64,000 nucleotides of DNA. Source: Hypanus sabinus (taxonomy: Eukaryota). A program made the translations under genes and the position numbers. This document shows, piece by piece, positions 37,470-50,057 of this stretch (position 1 is the stretch's first letter; the number at the start of each line of letters is the position of its first letter). The stretch covers positions 47,616,001 through 47,680,000 of the forward strand of contig NC_082718.1 in the NCBI RefSeq assembly GCF_030144855.1, written 5' to 3'. The notes beneath the pieces were generated by a model. That model was not told where the DNA came from and did not search any database. It was given only the letters and a program-made list of their open reading frames with translations.

Positions 37470-38245
37470 ACCATAAGACGTAGGAGCAGAATTAGGCTAT
37501 TTGGCCCATCCAGTCTGCTCTACCATTCAATCATGGCTGATCCTTTTTTTCCCCTTCTCAGCCCCTCTCCCCAGCCTTTTCCTTGTAAACACTGATACAC
37601 TGTCCAATCAAGAACCAATCAGGCTCTGCTTTAAATACACCCAACGACCTGGCCTCCATAGCTGCCTGTGGTAATAAATTCCACAAATTCACCACCCTCT
37701 GGTTAAAAGAATATCTCTGCATCTCTGTTTTGAATGGATGTCCCTCTATCCTGAGGCTGTGCCCTCTTGTCCTAGACTCTCCATCTTTCCACATCTACTC
37801 TGACTAGGTCTTTCAGCATTCAAAAAGTTTCAATGAGATCCCCCTTATCTTTCTAAATTCCTGTGAGTACAGACCCAGAGCCATCAGACGTTCCAGGTAT
37901 GATAAACCTTTCATTCCCAGAATCATCCTTGTGAACCTCCTCTGAACCCTCTCCAATGTCAGCACATCTTTTCTTAGATGAGGACCACAATACTCAAAGT
38001 GAGGCCTCACCAGTGCCATATAAAGCTTAAGCTTTACACCCCTGCTCTTGTACTCTAGACTTCTTGAAATGAATACTATCAATGCATTTGCATTCCTCAC
38101 CACCAACTCTACCTGGAAGCTAAACTTTAGGGTGTTCTGCACAAAGACTCCCAAGACCCTTTGTGTCTCAGATTTTTGTAATTTCTCCCGTTTAGAAAAT
38201 AGTCAGTACACTCATTTCTGCTGCCAAAGTGCGTGACCATGCATT
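37470..38245 (-). mobile_element. CR1 3' fragment
   Basis: CATAAGAC tail. Minus ORFs LVRPHFEYC..LERVQRRFTRMI and FNQRVVNLWNLLP. Confidence 0.9.
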
Positions 38246-39023
38246 TTCAGGGGAAGTTCTTGCTTGAGGTGATGTGGGTTTGAATGGTGCATTCTTCATT
38301 AAATAGCAGTTTAATTGAACAATACTCTGTTTGTCAATGTGGAGTGGGGAGCAAGTTTGCAAACCTGATGGGAGAAATAGATGTTGGGATTGGTGAAAGT
38401 AGAGTGCTGCGGGAGGGGTGTGTGACAGGTGACAGAGAAGTAGTGCTAAGTGCGGTGGGGGAGGTGGGTGCAGACACACTTAGCCCTGAGAAACCAGGCA
38501 AGGTCATTCTGCAACCTCCTTCCATCTTTCCCTCTTTCTCCCATTCCACTCTTTCACTCTACCTTCTCCAGCTGCTCTCCACATTACTAGTGTCAAGGAG
38601 TGTGCTCTTATGTCAATGTCCTTTTGCAGGATACAGCTCAATCCCTATAGATTTCCACTCTGAAGTAGAACAGGCAGGGGAATCATTATTTCATCACGCC
38701 AATGATCTGTTCTACCACTTTTCATGTGGTAGCAGAACATAATCCTTTGCACAGTTCCCAAACGAGCTTCGACTCTGCATCAGCAACAAAAAATGTGTTT
38801 CTCTGTTTTTGCAGTATATTATACTAAACATATAAAATGCTGGAAATACTTGGCAGGTCAGGCAATATCTATGAATAGAGAAGCAGAGTTAATGTTTCAA
38901 ATCCAGTGCAGTAATGTGCTTTTGACTTGGCTTATTATTGGGGCCCAAGTACATGTAGGCTGCCGTGGAATAAAGGTAGTTTGACTCATACAGCTTATGG
39001 GAACATACCCTAGTGGCTGTGCT

Positions 39024-39349
39024 TGTCAGGCCAGCACATGCACGCTCTTCCCAGTCTCCACCCAGTTAACAGGAGTCACCTGCCACTCATTTCCAACTCA
39101 TCTCCTGCAGCCTATTTAAACCCTACTCTCATCCACAATTCTTGATCACTCATTGAACCATCCATCCTCAGTCAGTCGCTCCTAGCCTTCAGTTACCTTG
39201 TTGCCTATAATGTTGATTATCTGCTCCCTCTTGCTCTGCGGCCTGTCGTGTCTTGTTATTTTCATAGTCTATAATTAAAGTTATCGTTCATCGCCAAATC
39301 TTCTCCACTGTTCTGCTTTTAGGTCAAGGCTCCTCTACATTTTCTGACA
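39024..39349 (+). mobile_element. Solo LTR, family B (chromovirus), 5-bp TSD GTGCT
   Basis: TGTCAG...CTGACA termini. GTGCT at 39019-23 and 39350-54. Homologous to 26890-27212. Confidence 0.9.
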
Positions 39350-41769
39350 GTGCTCAGTGTGACACCCTGCATCACGGAGAGCCTGGGACAAAGCTACCTA
39401 TTTTCAGTGCAAGAAAAATTATGCTGCAATTTAACATTTTTCCCCCAGGGCAAAATATTTTAAATTTAGTACAAAATGGCAACTTTTCTTTAGAGCCATT
39501 TGCTGTCAGGCAGGAGAGAATGAGCAATCTCTCCAGGGATCTTCCTCATGCAACAGTGAATGGCAAACTGTAAAATGATACAAGTGTCTGGACCTCAAGC
39601 CTGTAGAGATTCAGAGCACGAGTTCATGGTCACACTGTCCTTGATAGCCAGGGGTAATGTGACTATTACCCTAGAGTTTTGACTGGAGCAGATGGCATAT
39701 TTCAGTGTAGTTGTTAATAAACCCAGAAGCACTGAAGTCCCAGAGTTCACAGCTTCACATCAGAGATCACCTTGGGCCAAAATGGGCATCTGTTGAGGTT
39801 CGTCCTCCCTTTCCTCTACATCCTCCTTCTAGAAGCTTGTCCTTTTTTGCACATTCTCTCCGCATTCTCCCATTTGTGCCGCGCACTAAGTGACTCACTG
39901 ATCTAAGCAGAAGCTCTGAAGTCAAGGTGAAGTGCATTGGCATCTAACTCACGCAACACATTGACTTTAGAAAATCTGAAGTCTTTGTACAATTGTAGCT
40001 CAACCAATGGGCATCATTCAGAATCTTCCTGCCGTAGTCGATGGCCCCTTAGAATTCTGCTCCTGAATGCAGCTGAGGGATTAAAAGAGGGAAGTTCAAG
40101 TGAAGCATAGAGCTCCCGTTTGACAGCAATGTCATTAAATCAGTTTTGCATACTGACTAACATTATGTTCTGTACACATAAAGCAAGACTTCTCAGGTGC
40201 TAAATTCTTTGGGGTGCAGCAAATGTACATGTATATTTTGGTTATGGTTATTGACCCAACTGCAGCTTATTAACAGGTACTACAGCAGAGTTTTACAGTC
40301 CCAATATCTGAGGAAAAATATATTTTGTATAGTTTGGTCTTGGAGCCATCCCATTGTAAATGCATATTTGGAAATTATGGCGGCACATGTGTAATTTCTT
40401 TTTCTATATGAATCTGGCAGACATGTATTATACTAGCAATAGAAATGGTTATTCTTTCAGTAAAAGGAAGATTTTGTTAAAATGTACCTTTTTCCTTTGA
40501 GGGAGCAGGGAATATTTGGAATTTAGTGCAAAATTATTCTTCAAGGCCATATTTTGTGTCGCTTTATTGCTCCTCTCCCCATGTATCCTCTCAATTGTAT
40601 CTTTGTTCCGTGGCGAACCATTGCAGTGGGACTACTGGTCCTGATTTTCACAGCTGATGCATTTACTGAATGAAGATGATGCTATTTTCTCTGTTGCCCT
40701 TGTGGGAACATATTTTACCCTTGGGGCAAATTTTAAATGATCATCCTCTCCCTTTGTCCTCTGACTCCAAAATCTCAGAAACATTAATTGACAAATGCAA
40801 TCTAGAAAAAAGTTGAGTTGGAATGTTATTAAGTAATTTTGCTTATTAGCTCTGAAGTCTCTGTATTAATAATGCATCTTCTTCTCTAGGAATACTGGCA
40901 CTTTAAGCGTCAATTCACAGAAATAATAACATGAAGACATCTTCAGCGCTATGATTACCAATATAAGTTTTACGGCATCAGAATTAGCGCAAATTTCTGG
41001 ACAGACTTCAGACATGTATTCTACATTCTTGTCAAATGTTCTTTGAAGACAGATACATTGATTGAAAACATTCAGGGGATACTCTCCTTATTGCTCTGTC
41101 CAGACTGCAGAACAGGTCAACAGATGTTCTAGCTGGGGATAAGTACAGATGCATAGGGATGATCTAGAATTAGAATGAACTGCTTCTTGTGTTCTGCTCT
41201 GAGGTCCCCTGGAAAATACCCATAGCTGTAAAGTGATCTGGTGACAAGGATTGCTGCATATCTTTCCTTTTCTCCTTGTTCTTCCTTGCAATATATGTCA
41301 AAATATTTTAAGGAGGGGATGACAGTGGTGATCCCTACCATGCTATATTACCCAGGAAGTCTTGGTTGATGAAGCTGCTGTCATAAAAAAGCTGTTGATT
41401 CAGTTTTCAGATGTTGTGTGCTGCTGAAAATGCCAGGTTTTTGTTGTCAATACCAGCTTTCCTTGAGGAGGTAATGGTGGGTATCCTTCTTGATTTACCT
41501 GCATGTGCGCAGGTGGGTTGGTGAGTGAGAGGGAGGAATGATGTTGTTATCCTGTTTACTTTTTGCTTGCTGTGTTCTGTTTTGTTGTGCTGAACATGAT
41601 GGGCATGCTATGCTGGTGCTGGAATCTGTGGGTGTATTGGTCAATAAAGCAAAGGACGCATTTCAATGTACGTTTCAATGTACATGTGGTAAATTGAAGC
41701 ATGAATCCAAATCTTGATCTCCTGCCCTCCTGTTAGTGCAGGTACTGCACATCACTGCTGGGAAGTCCT

Positions 41770-42970
41770 GAATTTAGACCCAAAGATACTGAAGGAATAG
41801 GAATGTGTTTCCAGGTCAAAATATGTAAGATATGGGGAACCTGCAGTTTGTGGTGTTTCCATGCACCTTGAACTCTTGCCCTTCTTGCTATTAGAAGTGG
41901 AGGTACTGTCAGATGCAACTAGATGAGTACTTTGTAGACCGTACACACCCCTGCAGCCATTGCACACAGGCAATGGAGGGAGTGAATGTTTGATGTAATG
42001 AATGGGCTATCAATCAAGTGGGGTTTTAGCCCTGGATAGTGTCAATGTCTTGGCTGTTTTTGGAGCTGCACTCATCCAGGCATGTGGGGAATTTTCCATG
42101 ACACTTTAGATTTGTGCCTTAAAATGGGTAGAAGGTATGAAGAGATGACTAGCTCATTGCAGAACACCCAACCTCTGACCTGATCTTTGAGCCACAGTAT
42201 TTATGTAGATAGCCCAACTGAGTTTTTGGTCAATAGTGACACCCCCAGGATGGTGATGGTAGAGGTTTCAGTGATGATAATGCCATTGAATATCAAGGCC
42301 AGGTAGTGAGATATGGCGATGGTCATTGTTGACACTTGATGGTAAGGTGAATGTTACCTGCCTTGTTGTCAGTCTGTCTGAATGTCGTCTGGATCTTACT
42401 GCAGGTATTATGTGAGGCTTCATTTGCTGAAGAGTGCCGAATGGAAGTAACTATTGTCCAATCATTAGTAAACATCCCACTTCTGTCCTAATGACAAAAG
42501 GATGGCCTTTGATGAAGGAATTAATAGTTGAACATCAGACACCGACTCGAGGAACTTGTTAAGTACTGCTTAGAGAATTCCCTGCAATAATGTTCTGGAC
42601 CTTTGATGATTGACTTCCAATAACCACAACATTTGCTATTTGTATAACGCCAACCATTGGAGTGCTTTCTGATTGATATCTGTTGACTTCAGCTTAACTA
42701 GAGCACATTGTTGCCACACTGTCAAATTGTGTCATGAAGCTAAAGGAAGTCATTCTCACTTTACTTCTGGAATTCAGCTCTTTAGACAATGTTTTTTACA
42801 ATAGTTTAATGAGGTCTGGTGCCAAATGATCCTGGGGAAACCTGAAATGGGCACGGGTGAGCAAGTTGATGAGTGAGTGCCATTTGCTAGCATCTCAATT
42901 ACACCTTCCATTACTTTGCTGATACTTGAGAGGAAACAAAACGAGCTGCTTTCATCTTGTCTGGGATGTT
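41770..42970 (-). mobile_element. Old CR1/L2-group LINE RT remnant (related piece at ~20630-21040)
   Basis: LSSISKVMEGVI followed by a decayed QFGFR-like region on the minus strand. Confidence 0.55.
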
Positions 42971-43854
42971 GTGAATGGTGCAAACCCGGGTACGCATTGG
43001 AGCCATTCACTACTTGAGTTAAATTTACCTTCTTCCAGTCTGCACTACGTGCCAACTCTAAATCTTCACCTGCAGAATTGTGCAGGCTCTTGGTGAAACC
43101 GAGATTATGAGATCTGCAATAGAGATACCAGGTTGCTAGCCACAGAACACATTTCAAGAATGACACTGGAACAATTCATGGAGTTTGCATGTCCTGATAT
43201 TGGATACAGCTTCTGTGGAAGTCCTTGGAACTCCTTGACATCATCAGTCACTAATGAGTTCTTGCATTCAAAACAATGCTGAGAGAGAATGTGTCATGTT
43301 GTATTGATTTCATAAAGGAGGCCTGAAATGCATTCCTTCTTAATTGTTCCTGCATGACATCTGAAGTCGGGAACACAGCAGCTTCTGATATCATGGGCCT
43401 GATGACTAAATCCTTGTTAAACCTGTAGCTTTCAACGTGATTGGACATTACTGTATATATATTTAAGGTAGATTGTATGTAGATGATGGAAAAGACATTC
43501 AATAATCAATATTGAATTATCAGTTCATTAATATCAGATCAAAGTGACTGCAAGTATTTCCATGTCTTACCCATAAGGAAATTGGACGAGATACTTCCTG
43601 ATGTAAATTACTCTTATGCTGGCAATATTTCCTTCTATTCTTTGGTACATGTAATTAAGTCATCCATGTGCAGAGTGAGTTTTATTTGCCTAATGCTAGA
43701 AATTGGATCATTACCAAGATTTATGAACTGTGTTGGTAATGCAATGTTCAACAAGAAGTGCATCGTAGTGAAAGTAATGAACATTATGGGGTTTAAAGGC
43801 ACATTGCTTGGACATTGTCTTGACAATTAATATGGAGCAACTGCTTTTTCAAAA

Positions 43855-44055
43855 GATCCCATTTACAATTCAGGAACAGCTTCTTCCCCTCTGCCATCAG
43901 ATTTCTGAACAGTCCATGAACACTACTTCATTATTGCTTTTTTGCATTATTTATTTATTTTTGTAACTTAAATATTTTTAAAGTCTGTGTTGTATTACTG
44001 TCACAAAATAGGGAAGTTCATGTCATATGTCAGTGATAATAAATCTGTATCTGAT
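43855..44055 (+). mobile_element. Rex1/Babar-type LINE 3' end
   Basis: AACAGCTTCTTCCCCTCTGCCATCAGATTTCTGAAC (NSFFPSAIRFLN), then AATAAA and a short tail. Confidence 0.75.
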
Positions 44056-44614
44056 TCACTATACATCCCTGGCTCATCCTCAGACCAATCATAATCCCTT
44101 TGACCCTTGACTCTGCTATTTGCTGACTCCAAATTGGGAGTTAATGCTAACTCTGACTTTTGTTTAATGCATCAAAGATATGTGTTAATTTGTAACACAA
44201 ATGTAACCTTAATCAGGATAATCAATCAGTTTTACCAGCAATTAATGTCAGCCACAAGTTGAAATGATAGTGACCAGGGAATGGTTCAAGCCCAATTTCT
44301 GCTGGGCAGTTTTTTTATGTGTATGGCATGCTGTTTTATGTATGAGATTGCTGAGTCTAATGGATTGGGTAGTTTTTGGAGGTGCATCACACTAGGGATA
44401 GCAACCTTAAAATGTCTGCTTTTATCTGTGCAAGTACATTCACTGGAAAGTGCCATGAATTTTCCACATAAAAAGTTGTTTTTAGCCTCATTCTCATTTA
44501 GTTCAAAATCCCTTGTTGAACTAAAGTCCTGATGTGCTGATTCCCTTCTGCTCGGGTGACAATCTTCAAGCTAAGTCACATCTTATTTAGATAGCAGGGT
44601 CCAATGAAGGCAAT

Positions 44615-44734
44615 TAGAGTCACAGAGTCATAGAGAAGTACACCACAGAAACAGGCTATGGTCCCAGTGCAGGTTGATGGGAGTAGGCAGTTTAAATGGT
44701 TTTGGTATGGACTAGGTGGGCCAAAGGGCCTGTT
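44615..44734. mobile_element. 120-bp CR1 3' insertion with 5' inversion
   Basis: Reverse-complement tail at 44615-44656 joined to the forward upstream segment at 44654-44734. An uninverted reference copy lies at 59595-59705. Confidence 0.75.
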
Positions 44735-46216
44735 CATTATGTAGTCTGGGACCATTAGTCATATCGTCAGGTCAATCCACCAACAGATAGAGTAGTGTGG
44801 CCTTTGGCCTTTTCAGTGGAGGACCCAGACAGAAATAAAAAGTTGTCATTATATCTATAGGCTTTAAAGGGGGATATCAGGATCAACTATCCCCTGATCT
44901 TGGACTCTGACTGATATTACAAAGCTGAGATGTCAGCTTCCCAAGTGAATGACCATCTCTTCAGGACTGATTGGGCAACAATAAGACTGAAGAAGTTCTT
45001 AATCCAGACCTTCACACTCATACAAGAAATACTAGAGGGCCTTTGGCTATGCTTAGGCCTCCTGTATCAATTAGTAAAATCCATGTGAAAAGTCAGTCAT
45101 CAAAATTCACATGGGTCTCTTTCCTACAGAACTCTGTCTCTCTTTCTCACTCACTCTCTCAGACTGTCACCTTCTGGTGCTGAAATGCAAGTGCAGATTT
45201 TGTTTGTTGAAATATATTTGAGCAATAAAAAATGAGTTCCCTTCTGGTATTCTGTGCAATTTGCCAAATTTCTGAACTTTTGGCAGTCATTAATACCAGC
45301 TGTTTGAAGCATGAGTCCCCTATCCTAAGCCATCCAATATCCAAAGATAACAGCGGGAAGCAGCCTATTACACTTAGTTTCTAATGAGCCAAAGACAGTT
45401 TAAAAATATATCAACATCTCTATGCCCATCCTTTCCATCACTAAGTGCAAACTGTAACCATGGCAACTTCTTTGTAGTGTTCATGTAATGTCAGCAGTAC
45501 AAATAAAATACACCGATGTTTCACAGCTGACCCCCAACAACTTATGCAACCCATTGGAATAACCCAGGTGTCATCCAAACAACCAAATGATTATACTGAC
45601 TCACACCTACATGGGATACTATTATGCATTCACACAAACATATTTATTTATGTGCAAATACTTAAATTTACATAGAACCTCCAAAGTGGTATTTTCTGAA
45701 GGTGATTAACAGAAATTTAATCAAACAAAGTAATGACACAATTGAGGAGAAACACTATTTAAAGAATTGAAAGCAAGCAGTGCTTGTTTAAAGTTGAGGC
45801 TTCATCAGTGCAAAAGCTGGTCTAGCTTGGGTCCAATGATGAAGAAGAATGAATATTGACAACAGAGTTTTGGATGAGAATTATGCACGCATACATTTGC
45901 ACTCAGAATACGCAAAATACACCTACATGACAGCACAGTAGGATCCATCTGTGAACTTTCAGGACATACACTCACATACATAATGCACACTCAGGTAAAC
46001 ACAAGCTTATTTGTGCACATTTAAGTGCATTCATAAATCTGTCACAAAAATTCATGACAGTTTTGACAGAAGGAAAAGTAATGGCGACTAAGTCATATAA
46101 GGAGAATGAACAAGCCTTTGTGCTGCAGATACCTTGCTTCTAGCAGCTAGCTGCCTTCCCTTTGTCACAGTCCACCCTCTGCTGACATTGAAGGCAACTT
46201 ACAACTAATTGTGAAT

Positions 46217-46743
46217 ATAAAGTACTGTGCAAAGGTCTTAGGCACGTACGTATAGCTAGGGTGCCTAAATCTTTTGCACAGTACTGTATATGTCAACGTG
46301 GAGTGGAGAGTGAGTTTATAAATCTGGAGCCAGAGTGAAGGATGTTGGGAATGGAGAAGGTGGAGTGCTGCGGGAGGGGCATGGGACAGGTGGCAGGGGA
46401 GGAATGTCAGGGGCGGGTGTTCACACAAGGGCAGACACACCCAGATGTGAGACATCAAGCAAGGCCTTTTGATTCCAAGCAATAGGTTTATTGATCATTA
46501 CAGAATGCCTTTCCGGTGTTTCCTGCTTCTTTCCCTCTCCTTCCCTCTTCCTGCCTCCGTCTCACTCTTAGCCCACAATAGAGTCTCATATCAGAATCAG
46601 GTTTAACATCACAAAGACCTCTCATGAAATTCTTTTTTTGTGGCAGCAGTACGGTGCAATACATAAAATCACGACAGGACTGTGCAGAAGTCTTCAGCAC
46701 CCTAGCTATGTATATGTGCCTAAGACTTTTATGGGCTACTGTA
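46217..46743. mobile_element. Non-autonomous TcMar-like element with self-palindromic ~70-bp termini
   Basis: AGTACTGTGCAAAGGTCTTAGGCAC...GTGCCTAAATCTTTTGCACAGTACT at 46221-46285 and an inverted degenerate copy at 46676-46743. The interior is homologous to 38310-38510. Confidence 0.65.
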
Positions 46744-47459
46744 CATTTATTCTAAACATGGCTAGAATTAACAGATTCTACCAGTAAACTCATATCTTGT
46801 CAACAGCTGTCAAGTATTTTTCATTTGAAAATAGTATTTCCTATTTAAAGGATCCTTTACTGTTTGGTAACCAGTTTCAGACCAATAAAGAGATGAAACA
46901 AAAACAAGAAGATTTATATATATTCAAAGTAATTTCTGCCTCATCTAGCTACTTTCTGGCCTAAAGTTTGTGGAAAAATAAATTTCAGAAATTAACTTGG
47001 TAAATAATTAAAATGGAAAAGCCCCTAAGTATTTAGCAATACTATAACTAGAAAGAACCCAAATCCAATTTGTCTTGTGATTTAATTTATTTCAATTTAG
47101 TCTGCCATTGGTCATAAAATTTGGCTGGAAAACTGTAAAGCCTACAACATAGAATACTATTTAAAAAATAACAATGTTAGAAAAAATATTACTTTAAATA
47201 TTACTGTGTTTGACCTAAAAATAAAGGTAAGGATACTTAATTTCAGCTTAGCTGTGTATCTGTATTATGAGTGTAATGAAGCAGGCAGGAATCAAATGAA
47301 TTGTTCTTTGCTATGGTAATTACTTACACAGTATAATACATTTTCCATGCATGTCAGGCCTCCTTATTTGTGCATTACAATTCTGTGATGAAGTCACACC
47401 TGTTCCATCCTCTGCCACAAGATGGGGCTGGAGAGGCTATAAATCTGAATGCCAGAAAC

Positions 47460-48990
47460 TCCAAAATAATTAAAACTCCAGTAATCTGGTATTTTGGAGA
47501 GGCTGGGTTGGCAGACCTTCTAGCCTGTTAGATGTTATTCTTATTAATAACCCAACACACCTTTACATTTTAAAAAAATGTTGCATTGGAATATAGTAAA
47601 TTTTCCAATGAACCTGGTGAATTTAAAGTTGTTGGAAATAGGAATTTAAGTGGAGCACAGGAAATGAGACTTGGGTAAGTTTAAAAGGAGTATAGAAAAC
47701 AGCACCCAGTGAGCCAGATGGAAAACCATTAGTGATTTCTGAACAAGCATATAACAAGATATCAGTCCTGACTCACAGGAGATCCACTTGTTTATTAATT
47801 CTGAATCTGAGCTTTACTATGTCAAGAATGGTTTAAACATTGTAATTTTAATGTGATTACATTTTTGAGATTGCTGAATCCTAAAATGAATGGAAAATAT
47901 GTAAAGTGTTAAAAACCACATGAGAAACCTCTGCTCCTGACTTTTGCACAAAATGTGTCAAATAACAGGCCCGAACCTGGTTTGCTCTAGTATTGTTTTG
48001 GACACAGTGTTTCTGTAGAAATCACATCAGACAAATAGCCTTAAAACTTGCAATATGGCTGTGATTATTTGTGTAGCCCTTCCCCTGGTTCACTGAAAGT
48101 GGAAGTAATTGACATTAACAGACATGCAAGAACATGTAGCCAGTGTTGAAAGGGGAAGGCAGATTTCCGAGCCTGAGAGCCCATGGGATAGTCTGTTGCC
48201 CTGCCCGTCTGTGGCACGAGTCTACTGGTGCATCGCTGGTGAATCAGTTTAAGCCTAGAAATGCTGGAAAAATGGAAAACAAGGAGAAATTCCACCTTAG
48301 TAATGAAATAGTGTCAGAAGATGGAGATCAACGTTTCCAGAAGAGTTATGGATCAACCAGGCAAGAGGAAATCTCTGAGTCATTCATTCTTTGCCATCTA
48401 CCTAACTTACTTTGGTAGATTTCCTAGCCTGCTGTATGTTGTGCTGTGGAGACCCAAGCACGATAACCCACATCACTTTTATTTATTGAAGAAGCCTCCA
48501 ATTCAAAGTATCCACTTATTGCAGTATTTTTGTGCAAGCATTTCAGGTCAATGAGATATTTGCCCTCTTAAGGGGAATCCACAGCCCTTTTATGGGTTGC
48601 ATCTCAGTGCTATTTTTCAACCTTGAATGGCAGTGATCAAACAGTGCAACCAAATCAGACCAAAAGATTCCAATGGATGGTCAGTAAACTTCCAGCAATC
48701 CGCCACCACTGGGATTCTGACAATGCGGGACCTGCAGATTTTCCAGACTATTGGATGTTACTCCAAACCTTGACACACTTTTATTTCACTTTCTTTAAAA
48801 CATCTTATATAATAGTATAATAAATGCTTCAGTGAATTTAAGGGAGTAGGAAATATACAAGAGCTCTGGATCACAGCTCCTGCCTCGGCTACACAATCCT
48901 CTCATAGTTTAGACCCCTGGCTCACCTTCCAGACTAACAAGGGGGGCAGATGTTGAACTATTAGAATTTCTGGACAATTGGATGCTGGAC
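47460..48990 (+). repeat. Two old copies of a probable Tigger/pogo-like MITE (~47460-47640 and ~48680-48990)
   Basis: Shared AAACT(T)CCAG(T/C)AATC, GATGTTA..ACACAC(C/T)TTTA and GTGAATTTAA blocks. Confidence 0.45.
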
Positions 48991-50057
48991 TAGCAATAGG
49001 TCAATGTTAGAATCAAGTAAAATCAGGTATGAGTGGAGGTCAAATACACAGTGAAGTGGCTACATAATTACATAGAGGCATGAGAAAATAATGCTATGTT
49101 TAGTAGAATCCTATCTGCAAAAAAATGCAGTTTAGTGTTGGCAATCACACGTTAGTAAGTAGAGTGCTTGAACTTCTTAAAGCTGTAAAAGATAATGATT
49201 TTTCTTCAGAGGTTCTCATGGACTCATTGGCAACTGCAAAATTTTTTGAATTTGTATAGCTCTCCATTATAAATCAACATTAATAAATTCAAGTACAACA
49301 GCACCATCTCTTGAAACAACCTGCTCTGTTTAGCTTCACCAGAGTCATCATTTCTGGCATGTCTGTTTCTTTTTGACTTATTAGGATATCTTGTTTTAGT
49401 CATTTGACAAGAGACTGGAAACAATGTGGTAGTGTAACACATGGATCTCCTTAGAAGGGGGTTGCTAGGGATTTCCACCCAAACAAAATCTCCATTGTCC
49501 TAGAAACCACAAGTAGTGTTTCCCTCCTTCATAATTGCTTTGGATCACCATTGGATAAATACAACAAACTTGGAATGGATTAGCCTGCAGGACAGAGCAA
49601 GTCTGCAGTAACTACAATTTAGTCAACCAAACAACTTTTTAGTAATCATCCCTGTCTTTCCAGTGCCGCAAATTGGGCGCTTCCAGTGATGTGTGTAATG
49701 GTACTGAAGGCCTTCTACATACTTAATACTGTGGTATATTATTGTTAGTTATAGAGTGTAGAACTTTTGCCAGGACCTGCCCAAGTCCAGAGAATTTTTG
49801 GTAAATTGTCACAAATTACTCTACTATAATTTCTGTCATTTCTTTCAGTATCCCATCAGCACCCGGGGACTTATCTACTTTTAAGCCTACTAATTGTACT
49901 GAGGCTGTCATCTCCCATTGCATCCATAACATCTCTCTTTGGCAGGTATCCTCCTTTGAGACTATTTTGTGAACACTATCACAAAATAGTCTCAAAGACT
50001 CAGTCATTTTCACATTACCTAATATTAATACCCTCTTCACATCTTCCAAGGAACCTA

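Noticed and set aside
26890-39349. One 12.5-kb provirus bounded by two family B LTRs
   Set aside because: The first LTR follows a PPT, so it is a 3' LTR. The second has its own TSD, and no gag-pol lies between them.
48143-48418. 91-aa ORF (also 12048-12272 and 54031-54297)
   Set aside because: No recognisable domain and no convincing splice signals. The lengths are compatible with chance.
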